A DNA stretch of 64,000 bases from assembly GCF_009914755.1 (NCBI RefSeq), contig NC_060944.1; one strand, given 5' to 3'. The stretch is from the human T2T-CHM13v2.0 reference genome, Homo sapiens. Position numbers and translations under genes: made by a program. The notes beneath the pieces are model-generated. The model was not told the origin of the DNA and made no database searches. It saw only the letters and a program-made list of their open reading frames with translations. Of the stretch, positions 42,170 through 55,243 are shown in pieces. Numbering within the stretch: position 1 is the first letter of the stretch; every line of letters starts with the position of its first letter.

Positions 42170-42560
42170 TACTGTTTAGGCCTGGAGACTTCATCTGAAG
42201 AGTTACAGCAGACAAGAAGCAGAGAAATTTTAGGCATTAGGACAGATTCAGTTTAGCAGTTTCACATGGCCACTCTGCAGACACTAGGAAGAATGGATCA
42301 AAGCCAGCAAAACAGGGATCAGAAAAATAAGGGAGAGGGCTATGCTGTAATCCACATGAGAAATAATGGCAAGAATGGCAATGGAGATGTGGAGGCATGG
42401 CTGGACTGGAAAGAGATGTAGGAGTTAGAATAGATGAGGCTTAGTACTTATTTGGTATGAGAAGTGGCATAGAGAGAGACAGTGCTAATATTGCCCACAG
42501 TTCTGATCAGCACAGCTAAATCTGGGGCTATAGGAGGAAGAGTAAATCTAATGGTGAAGG
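42170..42560 (-). mobile_element. L2 fragment
   Basis: gctgtaatccacatgaga..ggcaatggagatg..ggagttagaatagatgagg. Confidence 0.6.
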
Positions 42561-43931
42561 TGAAGAGAGAGGAATTTGCTCCGGTATAGTGCTTAAAGAA
42601 GGAAGGCAGTTTTGGCAGAGTTGTTTTGTATTACATTTCTCTCTGCCCACAAAGGACTCTTTATTTATCAAAAAGATAAATCTAAAATATGTCACTTGAA
42701 TATAGCTAGATAATTTATAGCCTTGTAAATCTGAATGGACTTCACCTTAGATAAAAACTTGGTATGTTAACTTTTCCATCAAATAAGTTTCATATTTTTG
42801 GCTTTAGAACCTATACATCATGGTAGTCCTATTTGGCCAAAAAAAAAAAAAAAGAAATATCAAATTATATAATATTCATTTTCTTAAACAAAACATGGTT
42901 ATATAACTTGTATGCTTAGGACTATTGTTTGTTGGAATGATTTAATGAACTAGATTATGGCCCTTTAGGTGCAGTTTATTATTTTTAAATTTCTTCTTTT
43001 GGAAATGTGAGGAAGGGTAGGAAGGTTAAATGGAACTGAAGTAGCAAGCTGGGCCATTTAAGGAGGGCATGAGTTTAAATTCTGAACGCTGAATAAAAAT
43101 GTCCTAAAATACCTTCATTTGGAAGGAAATGACTTTAGCTGTTTAGCCTTGGAGGGAATAAACAGCTACATGCATACTAATCTTCTGAACCCTGTGCTAT
43201 GTTCATAGCCTTATCTTTTATTCATTTCAAACCATACAAATCTTTAAGGGAGAGAAACCCCTGCTTCTTGCAGCATTGCAACTAAAATGCAGATGCTACA
43301 TTTCTATCAGTGGAATTTGAGTTATTCTTGATTTTATACCTTAGGATATAGCAAATCTCTAAAGACAGAGTGTAAAGGGGTATGAGTGTGTCTATTAATG
43401 GGGGAAGAAGGAGTGTGTGAAGGGGATCCCAGTGGGTGGGTGAGGAGGGAGTGAGAGGCGGCCAGGGGTGGAAGCTTACACAAGAGCCAACTGCAGCCCT
43501 GTGGTAGAGAAGCCCTCCTATTCTCTGATATCTATTTCCCAATCAGAATAATGACCAATTCCAGTCCCTCTTTTGGAATAGGGATGTGGAGAGTCATAAT
43601 GGGATTTGAAAGCTGTCCTGCTTGTAGACTATCATTTGAACTTGACATTTTCACTTGAGTGCCTTCTTCTTGCAACTAGTTTACGGTTTTATCAATACAG
43701 TTTAATACACTTTTAAAGCCATACTTCTGGCATGATCTAGCATTTTCCAGGAAAATAAAAGAGGCACATACTGTAACTGTTGATCATGGGGAGTGATGGA
43801 TGGGTTCTGCCCTCTGCTAGTGCAAAACATATCACTGAAAGTCTAGAGGAACAGGTAAGGGGTTGATAGTTGGGACAATGAATTTTGAAAGATACTCTGA
43901 GCTTATCTCATTTATCTAAAAAATGACATTA

Positions 43932-44206
<275 letters not shown>

Positions 44207-45299
44207 TTATATCATGGCATAATCTCCAAATGAAGAACATGTTTATTTGATTTGGGGATAGCTTACTCAGGATTCGTTGCCTGATCTTTATTTCTCTCAG
44301 GTCCTAAATGGGACTCTTTGGAACTCATGCATTCCTGACTTATTCAGACCTGCTTCTGAACCATGCTTGGCTCAGTAAAGCAGAGAGGCTTAGAGAAGGA
44401 AAATTAAAATGGGTCATATGCATCTGTGTCCTCTTTGAGGCATGTCACAAAAACAGCCATTCTGGGAACACTGTAAACAGTTTTACCCATCTGTCTAGTT
44501 TAATCTATTTGGGGATTAAACCTTCTGGCTTCTCAGAGTACAGGGTTGTGTGAGAGGCTCGTTCATTTATGATATGTGTTTCTGGAATGCTGGTTACACC
44601 AATATAAATGATGGATTTAGGGCACTGTGTTTACTTAAAGAATCATGGATCTCTTGATTTATACTAAGACATCTGGTTTTTTTTTTCCCAAAATCTTTGC
44701 TTAAACTGAAGCTGTTTATCCACTGATAAAATAACCTCTGTGTATTCATGGTGCCCAGTTGTTGGTAACTAGCAATTATATACTACTTTCTAAAATAGTT
44801 TTGGTTAAATGGCATGCATGATTTGTAGTAATGAAGTTCTTCAATGATAAAAATATTGGAAGAGACCCATTTGAATTTTAGCTCTTATATGTTACAATGT
44901 ACTTCACACTGGCTGTGTGCTTAGTATTCATGTTTTAGAAAATAAGAAAAGCATTTGGGAGATATTACCAAAAAGAATCACTGCCTCTGTTTCTGTTTAT
45001 CCTGTGATTACAGTTTTCTTATTAAGAACAAATGTGGGTATAAACTCAATACATTGTGGGATTCCTCTCTGGTCAATGGACCCTCACTGTGTTCTGACTT
45101 CTCTCTCTTTCTTGATTGATGGTAATTTGCTACAGTGAACTTGAATCCAGACTTCAGTGTAAGATTGATGTGTGTTAGGAAAAAGGGAAGAACTCTTGCC
45201 CTTAGAATCAGTTTCCAACTTTATTTACTGTTTGGGGCTTTTTCCATGAATTTCAATTTTACCTATCTAGGACCCATATTAGCTTGACCATTGCAAGTA

Positions 45300-45480
45300 G
45301 GGAGGGCTCCAATCAGTCATACAGCCATGGATTGATGAGTCATACAATCATAATTAAAGAGGAATTGGCAGCAACATAAAATTCATATGCAAATAATTGT
45401 GCTGATTCATCATTGCAGTAAAATTCACTTCTCTGCATTTCTTCATTCAAAAAGCCACATTCAACGGGGCACTCCATTTT
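45300..45480. promoter_or_regulatory. Candidate enhancer (AP-1, homeobox and octamer cluster)
   Basis: TGAGTCA 45336-42, TAATTA 45351-56, ATGCAAAT 45387-94, TGATTCA 45403-09 in non-repeat DNA. Confidence 0.3.
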
Positions 45481-46249
45481 AAGTAGGCAAATTTGGAGAT
45501 TCCTTAAAAAAAAAAAAAAAATGTTTTCCTTAGGAACAATTCTGTTTAGTAAAATTTAGCCCAGGCTATAAAATACAGGCTAGGACAAGATACGGGTTAG
45601 GACCTCTACTTTCTCTTCATTCTTTGATTAGGTAGTTTTACAGTTCCTGATTCTATTACTTAGATATAACATGTAGAAGAATATCTACACTTCAGATGCA
45701 GAGAGAGAAAAAAATAAAAGGGGTACCCCACAAGAAGAAACAGCAAACACACACACCAAAGACAAGAAATGTAAGCATAATCTTTTGTTTTTTCCCCTGA
45801 CACACAGATTTAGCAAGCTTACCATTGGCCCCTTGGGTCATCCCCAAACCAGAGCTTTAAAAATCTGTGGTTACCTGAGACCCTAGAGCTAAGTCAGACA
45901 TTCTAGGACCTAAGCCAAAGGGCCAATAGAAACTTTAGCCCAAGTAATGGTCACACATGTTTACTATAGAGAGCAAACTGAATTGGTCTCAGAGTTTATC
46001 TTTCTGAACTCATGATGGAACACAGAGAGTACAGAAGGGGGAATTGGGCTTAATTTGGTGCAGCTGTTAGAATATCCCCTGGTCTCTGAGCTATTTGTTT
46101 GTCTTACTGAACTCCAGCAGATTACCATTGTCGGGCAATCTGGCACATTTTGCTCCTTTGTTCATCCCCAGCCATGTTATGTAGGAGTCATCAACTTCCC
46201 CCTCATAAAGACGACCACTCAGAAAGCACTTTCAACTGGGACAAACTCA

Positions 46250-46445
46250 CATAGTAATAATCTAATGTGTGGCTACTATATGTTAGGCACTGTAATACGC
46301 TTTACTCAAATCTCAATCAATCTCTACCCAATTCTATGTGGTAAGCATAACTAAGATATAAAAAGATGACAAGAGTCAGAAATCAGGTAAGACACTCAGG
46401 GTTTCTCTACTATCGTGTCAATGGAAATTCATTAGATCCTGGCCC
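46250..46445 (-). mobile_element. MIR SINE
   Basis: tactatatgttaggcactgta..caattctatgtggtaagcat. Confidence 0.6.
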
Positions 46446-46675
46446 AAAGCAATCAAGCCCATCTTGGGCTGCCCGTGTACTTTGGCTCTAGCCAGACTAT
46501 GAGCACTTCACCACCACTAAAGACCTCAGTGGCCATTCCATTCTGATTATCCTGCTGACTTCTTGCCTACTGTGCTCTCTTCAGGACCACTCTGCCCCAG
46601 CTGCCAAACTTTCAATCTGTGGCCTGAGCCACCCCAGCACCTTCCCTCCTGCACTGAAATCCTCAGGCATTTCTA

Positions 46676-46755
46676 TTAGGTTGTTGCAAAAGTAATAGCG
46701 GGTTTTGCTATTACTTTCAATGGCAAAAAACACAATTACTTTTGCACCAACCTAA
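46676..46755. mobile_element. MADE1 (Hsmar1-derived mariner MITE), full 80 bp
   Basis: TA|ttaggttgttgcaaaagtaat..attacttttgcaccaacctaa; long terminal inverted repeats. Confidence 0.95.
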
Positions 46756-47272
46756 TGCTTTGTCCCACACTGGCCTGCAGAGAACAGCCTCTAAAACACT
46801 TGCCAAAGGTGCTGGGGTTCCCCCAACCCACATCTTGGTGAAGGGGCTCATTTTGGCTACATTGAAACGTGGTTTCATATGTTTCATATGAAACCAGTGT
46901 GTTATTATTTTTCCCCCTTTCCCTTATCTTTTAGTGGCCTCACCAGAATTTGAAAAGTTATATTCCTTTGATAACATAACTCTTCCTCCCATTGGCTGAG
47001 CTCAAGAAGTGTTGGTTAGGAAAGAAAACTTCAGGCAGCCCACTGAATTCTAACTCTGTGTCTGAAATTCTTTCCTACATTAAAAATGTTACTGAAGCCC
47101 TGATAGTATCATTTCTTTGATATGTGTATATGTATTTCTTATAAAGAAAAGATTAGTTTAAGTGACTATCAAAATTAAACATTTTGTTGAATTATTGCAA
47201 AACTCTGACTGAACCATTTAGTTATGCTACTAGGATCACATTTTCCTTTTTGTATAATGCATTAAAGATTCT

Positions 47273-47689
<417 letters not shown>

Positions 47690-48499
47690 TTAGTTGAGTA
47701 AAATAGAATCATTGTTATTTTTGAGTTTAAATATTGAAATCGCAATCTTATTTAAGACCAAAGTAGGTTTACATTTGCTCCATCTCCTCACCCATTTCCC
47801 ATATTCTTGCCACCCCATAAAATGAGAACTTCTGTCAACCCTTGGAAGAATTGAGGACAAAGAGCTGAATTCTCTCCATTGTTCTCTGACTTCTCTCATG
47901 GGAAGAGAGATGACGGGTTGAGTGGCAAGAGCCTGACAACCATTGGTCCATGTTCTTCTGCTGAGTAAAATCAGTGCATTAAGCATCACTGCGCATGTAC
48001 AGTCACTCTTCTTGGGCTCACAGTGGTCAATAAGGGGTGAGGAGATGGAATTTTCTATGAAGTTCTCTGCCTGTCTGTCCTGAAAACCCAATTCTCAACA
48101 ATCTATAGGTCCAAGTTATAAACATGGAGTCAATGGATAGAAAGACTTCTGACCTTGTGTTCAAGCTACATTTTGCAATCCAGTCTTCCAAATTAGAAGG
48201 CTGATGTTTTCATCTCTGACTCTTGCACATATTTTTAATTCATCCATGGTTTGGAAGTTAGAGAGTTATGATGGTTTATTATTCTCAAACTGCAATACTT
48301 TTTATTTAGTTCATCAAAATTAAAGACACCACAGCCATAATCCATGTCACTTTCTGCCTCAAATCTCAAGATTTTGACCAAAACATATGGCTATGGTGGT
48401 CTCTTCTAGTTTAAAAGGGCAACCATGTTTTCCTATCATTTTATGCCTGTTCGCCTATTTGTGGCTGGCTAAAGAATTGTGAAAGTAAGAGACATTGTG

Positions 48500-48700
48500 T
48501 TGGAGTAAAATTAGGAGACCCAAATTTGACTCCCATCTCTACCAGTTAACTACCTGAGGAAATTTAGGTGAGTTTCTTAATCTCTGTACTACTCAGGTCA
48601 CTCATTTGTAAAATAAGAAGAATAAAAATTACTTTGTAAAATTATAGTATATTATCTGAATATGATAAGATGATAAAACAATTATTAAAAAGAAAAGATG
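48500..48700 (+). mobile_element. MIR SINE
   Basis: ggagacccaaa..ttcttaatctctgt..ctcatttgtaaaataag. Confidence 0.65.
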
Positions 48701-48772
48701 TAATGCTAGTGCTAGATGCTGGGGGGATTTTGCCATTGAAAAATAACCTGGAAATAAGTCAAGACTGATCAT

Positions 48773-49055
48773 GGGCTGAGTTCAATGACTCATGCCTATA
48801 ATCCCAGCATTTGAGAGGCTGAGGTAGGCAAGATAACTTGAGGTCAGGAGTTTGAGACCAGCCTGGCCAACATGGTTAAAACCTCACCTCCACTAAAAAT
48901 ACAAAATTAGCCAGTCATGGTGGTGTGTGCCTGTAATCCCAGTGACTCGGGAGGCTGAGGCAGGAGAATCACTTGAATCTGGAAGGCAGAGGTTGCAGCA
49001 GGACTAGATTGCACCACTGCACTCCAGCCTGGGCCACAGGGCATAACAAAGTCTC

Positions 49056-49084
<29 letters not shown>
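48773..49084 (+). mobile_element. AluS (Sz-like)
   Basis: Full dimer, tail of about 30 A; TSD aagactgatcat. Confidence 0.93.
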
Positions 49085-49086
<2 letters not shown>

Positions 49087-52000
49087 CTGATCATAGTCTT
49101 TCTGTATAGGTCAATTTTTTTTTCCATTCTTGGACACATAATTTTGCTTTAGGTGGTCTGGTTTATGTCTAAAACAGAAGGGGAATGGGTTGAGTAAAGG
49201 GGAAAGAATAAACTAAATGATCAAAGTCAACTTGTTTCCAGATGTCTAGATCTAAAAGGCCACAAAAGAGCTCTTACTTAAATTATTTGCCCAAACAAAG
49301 GAGAAATTTTAAAGATCCCAAGAGGATGTGGCATTAAGACAGACACTGTGATACTCTTGGTGTAGTCAGGGAACATCAGAAGCTCATACTTCCTGACATG
49401 GAGGCAGTGAGTATTGTAAGAGAACGCTACTCAATGACATCATTCATGGTCTTTTCACAGCCTTCACCTCCTTTGCCTCAATATCCTTATTCTTCAAAGT
49501 GTTGGTAAATTGGGCTTGCTGTCATTACGCATTTTATTGGAATAAGCATGAATTATGCAATTAGCTTTCTCGCTTTCCAGCAGCATATGCAAAGTGAACC
49601 AGAAAGATAAGAGAAAATCTTTTCCTCAGGATCTGTAGATTAGTTCAGCTTTTGGAATTTTGCTGGCAATTTGTAGTGATGTTGTCATTTTGACTACTCA
49701 ACAGCTAAGTTTCACATTTTGGGCTGAATCTGGCTGGGTAGGGTGGTTACTTGCTTTGATGTTCTTGGAGATTCTCTATGTTGCTTGGTACTACTAGGCT
49801 AAAATGTAATACTGTTCTGTCTGTGCTACCTAAAACCAGTATGTTTGGGGCCTCATCTGCCTTCAGTAGGGTATTTTCCTTTATCCTTCGTGAAAATCAA
49901 TTTTTTTTTAAATGAATGAATGAGAGAGATGAAATGAGAAGGAGAAAAATGGTTAGGGTAGATTTTTTAAGCAGTGCCTTTGGCTTTTGTTATTTTATGC
50001 TAAGTTATTTATCAGTAATTATCATTAGACAAGCTATACTGGGGTGAAAAGCTGCTGCTTTTTCTTCCGTAGCCATGTGAACCCTGGGGCGTGCCGAGGG
50101 AATTAAAATAAGAACAGAGCACACTGCTGTTTTATCTCAGCTACTGCAACATCTCTGCTTGACACCCTGTGTTGAACAAGAGACTATTTAGTAGATCTCA
50201 ACAATTATGCATGTACTTTCCTGGCAGAGAACTCTTTGCTGCTTTGTTTGTCAAGATTATGTTGAATCAGCATAAAAATCAGGCCTGACTTATTTCTGGA
50301 AGGAAGCAGCCTCTCTCGTACCATTGGAAACAATATGATCATAATAAAGTTTTGCATATAGAACATTTCTTTTGAGTGTAGACAACAACTTATTCTTGTA
50401 AAGAATTTAACATTTAAGTCTCATATTTCCATACTTATTTCTATTGGGACTGCTGCCTACTGCCCCACCCCCATCCCCCACCAGCCAGCCTTAGTTTTTG
50501 GTATATTTCTAGCTCTGTCCATCTTGGAGCAGCTACGTGAGGATTTTACAGCTGTCTTTGTTTCTGATGGAATCCTAACCCTTTTGTGATGTGGGGCCTT
50601 CATATAAGTATGTGATGTGGAAAATGAAGCCCATGTGTGAATACAAAGTTAATTAGTATGAAAAGTCCCATTTTCCACCACATTTCTTGCCAGCAGCTAT
50701 GATTAGGTGCACCTAAGCTTTCCAGGTCTCCTAATATTTTTTAACTAAATCCAAGCATAGAGATTCCAAAATATCCCATTCTGTGATAATATAGATGCAT
50801 GACAGAAAGGGAATGAATATTGGAAGGTAATGTTTGTGTGTGTGTGTTACAGGCTTGTTGGAGTTCATCACTTTACTTTCTGTACATAAAGGTGATTTGT
50901 TCTAAATGTTTTAAGCAGCAGCAGCAGCAAACTTTCTGAAGTCTTTAATCATTGGGATGATTACTTAGGGCATGCTTTAATGAAGGACCACTTTAAAAAG
51001 TAGCTCCAGAGTAAGGCTGAAGTCCAATTGACATTTTCTCTATGTGTTATCTAATGGAAATGATCTCCATGGCAGAGATGAAAATAAGACCTTTGAATTG
51101 TGTTGAGTAAAATAAGATGGGTCAGATGGATTTGGGCAATTTGGGGATGATCCTTAGAAAGGAGATAGTTGCATCTGGATGGAGCTAGGGAGACCCAGTG
51201 ACAGAGGGAGCCTGGGATCATCTTATGGTGCATGTCATGTTTGTGTAGAAACGTACAGTTTGAGCAGAATACAAAGTTATATAGGTCTAAGAAATTACAA
51301 AAGAAAACCAACAGCTTCCCCTTTATTCCTGATGCTATGGCTGGCAGACAAATGGGGTCTTCGAAATATGTGTGTGCATGCAGCCATGCACAAATGCTTA
51401 TTCGCTGATGAGGATGCAGTGTTGATGCCCTTAGGAACAGCATCACTTGTGGACTGGGTGGTAACAAAGAACTAGAAAGATGTGCTTCTCATATCTTGAT
51501 ATCAATGTCTATCAGAGAAGATGGAGAAAGCTGAGAGATACTAGTCTAGCTTGCTGTGCAACCCCCTTCTTCTGTCCCATCCTCCTTCTTATGAAAGACT
51601 TCCTAACCCTCCTCCTAAAGCCTCTTTTTCTCTGTATTTTACACCTGGTCCATGCCCTTAATATCCAGTCCAGTAGAGATGAATATGCCTAGTTCCTGGT
51701 GTCCTGCTTTTAGGGCCTTAGAAAGCCTTTCTCTAAACATCTCTACTCTTCATGCTTGCATTCAGGCTTCATGTGAAACTTGCAAACATTGAGCATAATA
51801 AGAAAGAATACATAGTAAACCATCTTAAAAGAAAGACTATAAATTATTTTGGCACTAAAACTATTAAAAAGTATATTTCACTTTAGTAGACAGCAGAGAA
51901 AAATCTCTTTTTTAAGTTTAAAAGAAAAATGCATTTTCTTAGCAGAATAAATGAGTTAACAGAGTGTGGTATGGATTGATCAAAGACATAAAATAATATA

Positions 52001-52954
52001 TTTTATTGCACACTTCTAGCTCTTTGCTGGAAATACTTGACTATAAAAACCTTTTAAAAAGTAGTTTGAAAGACAGGGATATAGCACATTGTTTGTCTTA
52101 CTAGCAGAGGAAACAAAATGATCAATGAGAGCAGGGTAAGGATGAAGGAATCCTTAAACTGTTTTCCATGCATATGATTCCATTTAATCAGCGCTGGAAC
52201 AAAGGATAGCATTTTTCTTTCCTTTTTCCGTGTGTGTTATTTCATATTATTAAATGAGATTTGAGTGAACTGAAGTAAATCAGCCAAAACCCAGCTTGGA
52301 TTAGATCCCCTAAACTTCCTTATGCCCAGATTTTTTCCAGATGGTTTCTCATGTCGCCAGTTTAATATCAACAGTGTGTGACACGCTAGAAGAATATTTC
52401 TTAGACCAGTTCAGTCCTTGAAAGATAATTATACTGTCAGTTGCCATCACTGTTACTGTGAAAGTGAAGATAACTGGGGTAAGTATATTAAAATCCAGCC
52501 CCAAACCAGCCTGACTTTCAGACAATGCATCTAAGAACCTTCGCTCATTTTTGTCACTATCTGTCTATGCTACCCGACGTAACACTGGTATCTTTTTGAC
52601 AGCAAAATGTCTGCAGGTCACTTTTTGGTTATATGCTGAGGAAAATATGAAGAATTTTTGCATGATGAAAAAGATGGTGTGCTCATGTCTGCTTAAAAAC
52701 TCTGATTTCTCTGCTTTCCACTTTAATTTACAAGTTGAAAATGTATTTTCATGCTACTACCCACTTTGGATCTTTTTTATTGTACCTCTGACATTACTTA
52801 TAGCACATTTCGCAGCTGGGTTTAAAAGCATGTTAGCAGGCAATTGTAGGTACCGTGTCAACAAATGTGGGAAATAGAACAAGACTAACACATAAGGAAT
52901 GCCTGCAAAATCATGATTTGAGGTGAAAATAAAATGGTTTCATGAAAATGCTTT

Positions 52955-53335
52955 TTCTTCTTTTTATTTTAATATAATCACAATCTTACAGAAAAGTTGC
53001 AAGAATGCTGGAGAGAAGGCTGGTAATATGTTTACCAGAGTTACCAGTTGTCAACATTTTGAACATTTTTCCCATATGCTTTTTGTCATTATATATGTAT
53101 TTTTCCCTTGAACAATGACAATAAGTTATGAACATCTTGCCACTTTACTTTTAAATAATTGAGTGTTTCCTATGTACAAGAATATTTTCTTACATGACCC
53201 CAGATAAACTACCATGCTACAAAATTATAGTGAGTAAAATACTGTTGTTTAATCCACAATTCACCTTTAAATTTTGCCAGTTTTCCTGGCAAATGTACTG
53301 GATCCATTGCATTTAATTGCCATCTCCAGTTAGCT
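52955..53335 (-). mobile_element. L1MC-like 3' end
   Basis: cttacagaaaagttgcaagaat..ccagttgtcaacatttt..acaagaatattttctta. Confidence 0.7.
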
Positions 53336-53906
53336 CTGGGATATCATGAAGCTGCTTTCAAAAATACAGTATTTTAAAAGACAATATGGAGCAGCTACCC
53401 CAGCAAGCCTGCCACCAAGAGCTGTTACGTGACCGCTGTGTCACTGCTCACCAAACTCTGTTGTGCTTCTGCTTTTCTGGTAACTAACTTGCATCTTACA
53501 GATTACCAACAGGAAGCATTTCAAATGCAAATGTTCATCTGAAAATAAATCCCTAGAGATCTCTGAGTATCTAAAGAGGTAAACACGCAAGGAGTCTAAA
53601 GTTGCTTTTAGGTTGAATATGCACATTTATTTATAAACATGGCTGTAACCATAAATGATTTTCTGCAAACTTCATGTTTATATGGTGATTACTTCACAGA
53701 ATTTTCTTATCTACATATTTGTTTGGAATTTCTGAGATGATGAGTGAGTAGGTGCATTCACTGAAATAATTATTTTAGCATATTAAATAAAATACCAAAT
53801 AGTGTGAGATCCTTTCAAACTGTAAGATACTTGTGTATGTAGTTTCTTGAGATATAGAAAGTAGACTTGTCAGCTGAGCAACAAGTCATGGGTACAGTTG
53901 GTATTC

Positions 53907-54139
53907 TTTTTTTGTTTGTTTGTTTAGAGACAAGGTCTCACTCTGTTACACAGGCTAGAGTTCAGCGGCACTATCGTAGCTTACTGCAGCCTCAAATTCC
54001 TGGGCTCAAGCAATCCTCCTGCCTCAGCCTCCCACGTGGCTAATTTTTTAATTTTAATATTTTACAGACGCGGTCTGGCTGTATTGCCCAGGCTGGCCTC
54101 AAGTGACCCTCCTACAGGCATGAGCCACTGCACTCAGCC
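53907..54139 (-). mobile_element. AluJ with three internal deletions
   Basis: Perfect TSD tggtattctttt (53899-910, 54140-151); only about 233 bp. Confidence 0.9.
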
Positions 54140-54194
54140 TGGTATTCTTTTAGTAGTGCTGTAAGGGGAAAACCTGGTCTACTTTACCAAGCCA

Positions 54195-54335
54195 CACTGG
54201 GTTTGCAGTTAGGACTCAGAGTACTAATCCTTTTCCTGCCATTTCTTAGCCCTGTGACCTCATTTGCCTTATCTGTGAAATAAAACGACTCAGGCACGTG
54301 ATCTCTGAGCTTCTTTCAGCACTACAGTTCTGTGA
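54195..54335 (+). mobile_element. MIR3-like fragment
   Basis: ctgtgacctc..ttatctgtgaaat..gatctctgagcttctttcagc. Confidence 0.55.
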
Positions 54336-54494
54336 AAAAGTTGGACATCTGCTTATGGCCACAGTAAAAGTAGAGGAAAAAAATCATTAATTTAAAAAGC
54401 TGTTACCATACCCAAGCTTGTTCTTAAAAATAATATATGCAGTTGATATCCATTTACTCATTAGTGAAACCCCATTAGAAATACAATCCCCAGA

Positions 54495-54804
54495 GGCTGG
54501 GCACGGTGGCTCATGCCTGTAATCCAAGCACTCTGGGAGGCTGAAGCCAGTGGATTCCTTGAGGCCAAGAGTTCAAGACCAGCCTGGCCAACATGGCGAA
54601 ACCCACCCCCCACCGTCTCTACTAAAAAACAAAAATAAAAATTAGCCGGATGTGGTGATGTGCGCCTGTAATCCCAGCTACTCGGGAGGCCTGAGGCATG
54701 AGAATAGCTTGAACCCGGGAGGAGGAGGTTGCAGTGAACCAAGATTGTGCCACTGCACTCCAACCTGGGCAACAGAGTGAGACTCTGTCTCCAAAAAAAA
54801 AAAA
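54495..54804 (+). mobile_element. AluS
   Basis: Full dimer; TSD-like acaat(c/t)cccag. Confidence 0.92.
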
Positions 54805-55196
54805 GGGAACAATTCCCAGTTTGAAATTGAAACTGATTTTGCTTACTGTATGACTGGGACCTCTGTGTTCAGGACTTTTTCCAGTCTCATACGTTCCCTT
54901 CTAACTCCATTCTACCTTTGTATTTCTTGTCATTAAAAGAAGAAGAAAAGCTCTTGGCATTCCCAGTAGTTTGCCCTGTCATCATTTCCATCTTATTGCT
55001 TAGGCCAAGAAAACATCCTTCAGTTAATCATTTGTGTGAATAAGCATCACTCTGAAACTTATCTCAAAAGCCTCCCCTGTTTATCTGCAGGTCTCTTCTA
55101 ATACTCCAAGTAGTTCTTTTCCAATTATGCAGTAATTTACCATAGTTACACTGTTTCCTTTCGTAGTTCTTACTGTGTCTGTCTGCTTACACTTAC

Positions 55197-55243
55197 CTGA
55201 TCAGCAAAACTAACTATACCCTGTATCTCAAATGATTCTCATA
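55197..55243 (-). other. Candidate 47-nt non-coding exon
   Basis: Minus strand acceptor tttttatttgtttatttCAG and perfect donor CAG|GTAAGT; stops in all three frames. Confidence 0.4.

Noticed and set aside
44281-44553. Good plus-strand acceptor followed by an 81-aa ATG ORF
   Set aside because: No convincing donor, and the peptide resembles nothing I recognise
50915-50929. (AGC)5 triplet repeat
   Set aside because: Too short and not in a coding context
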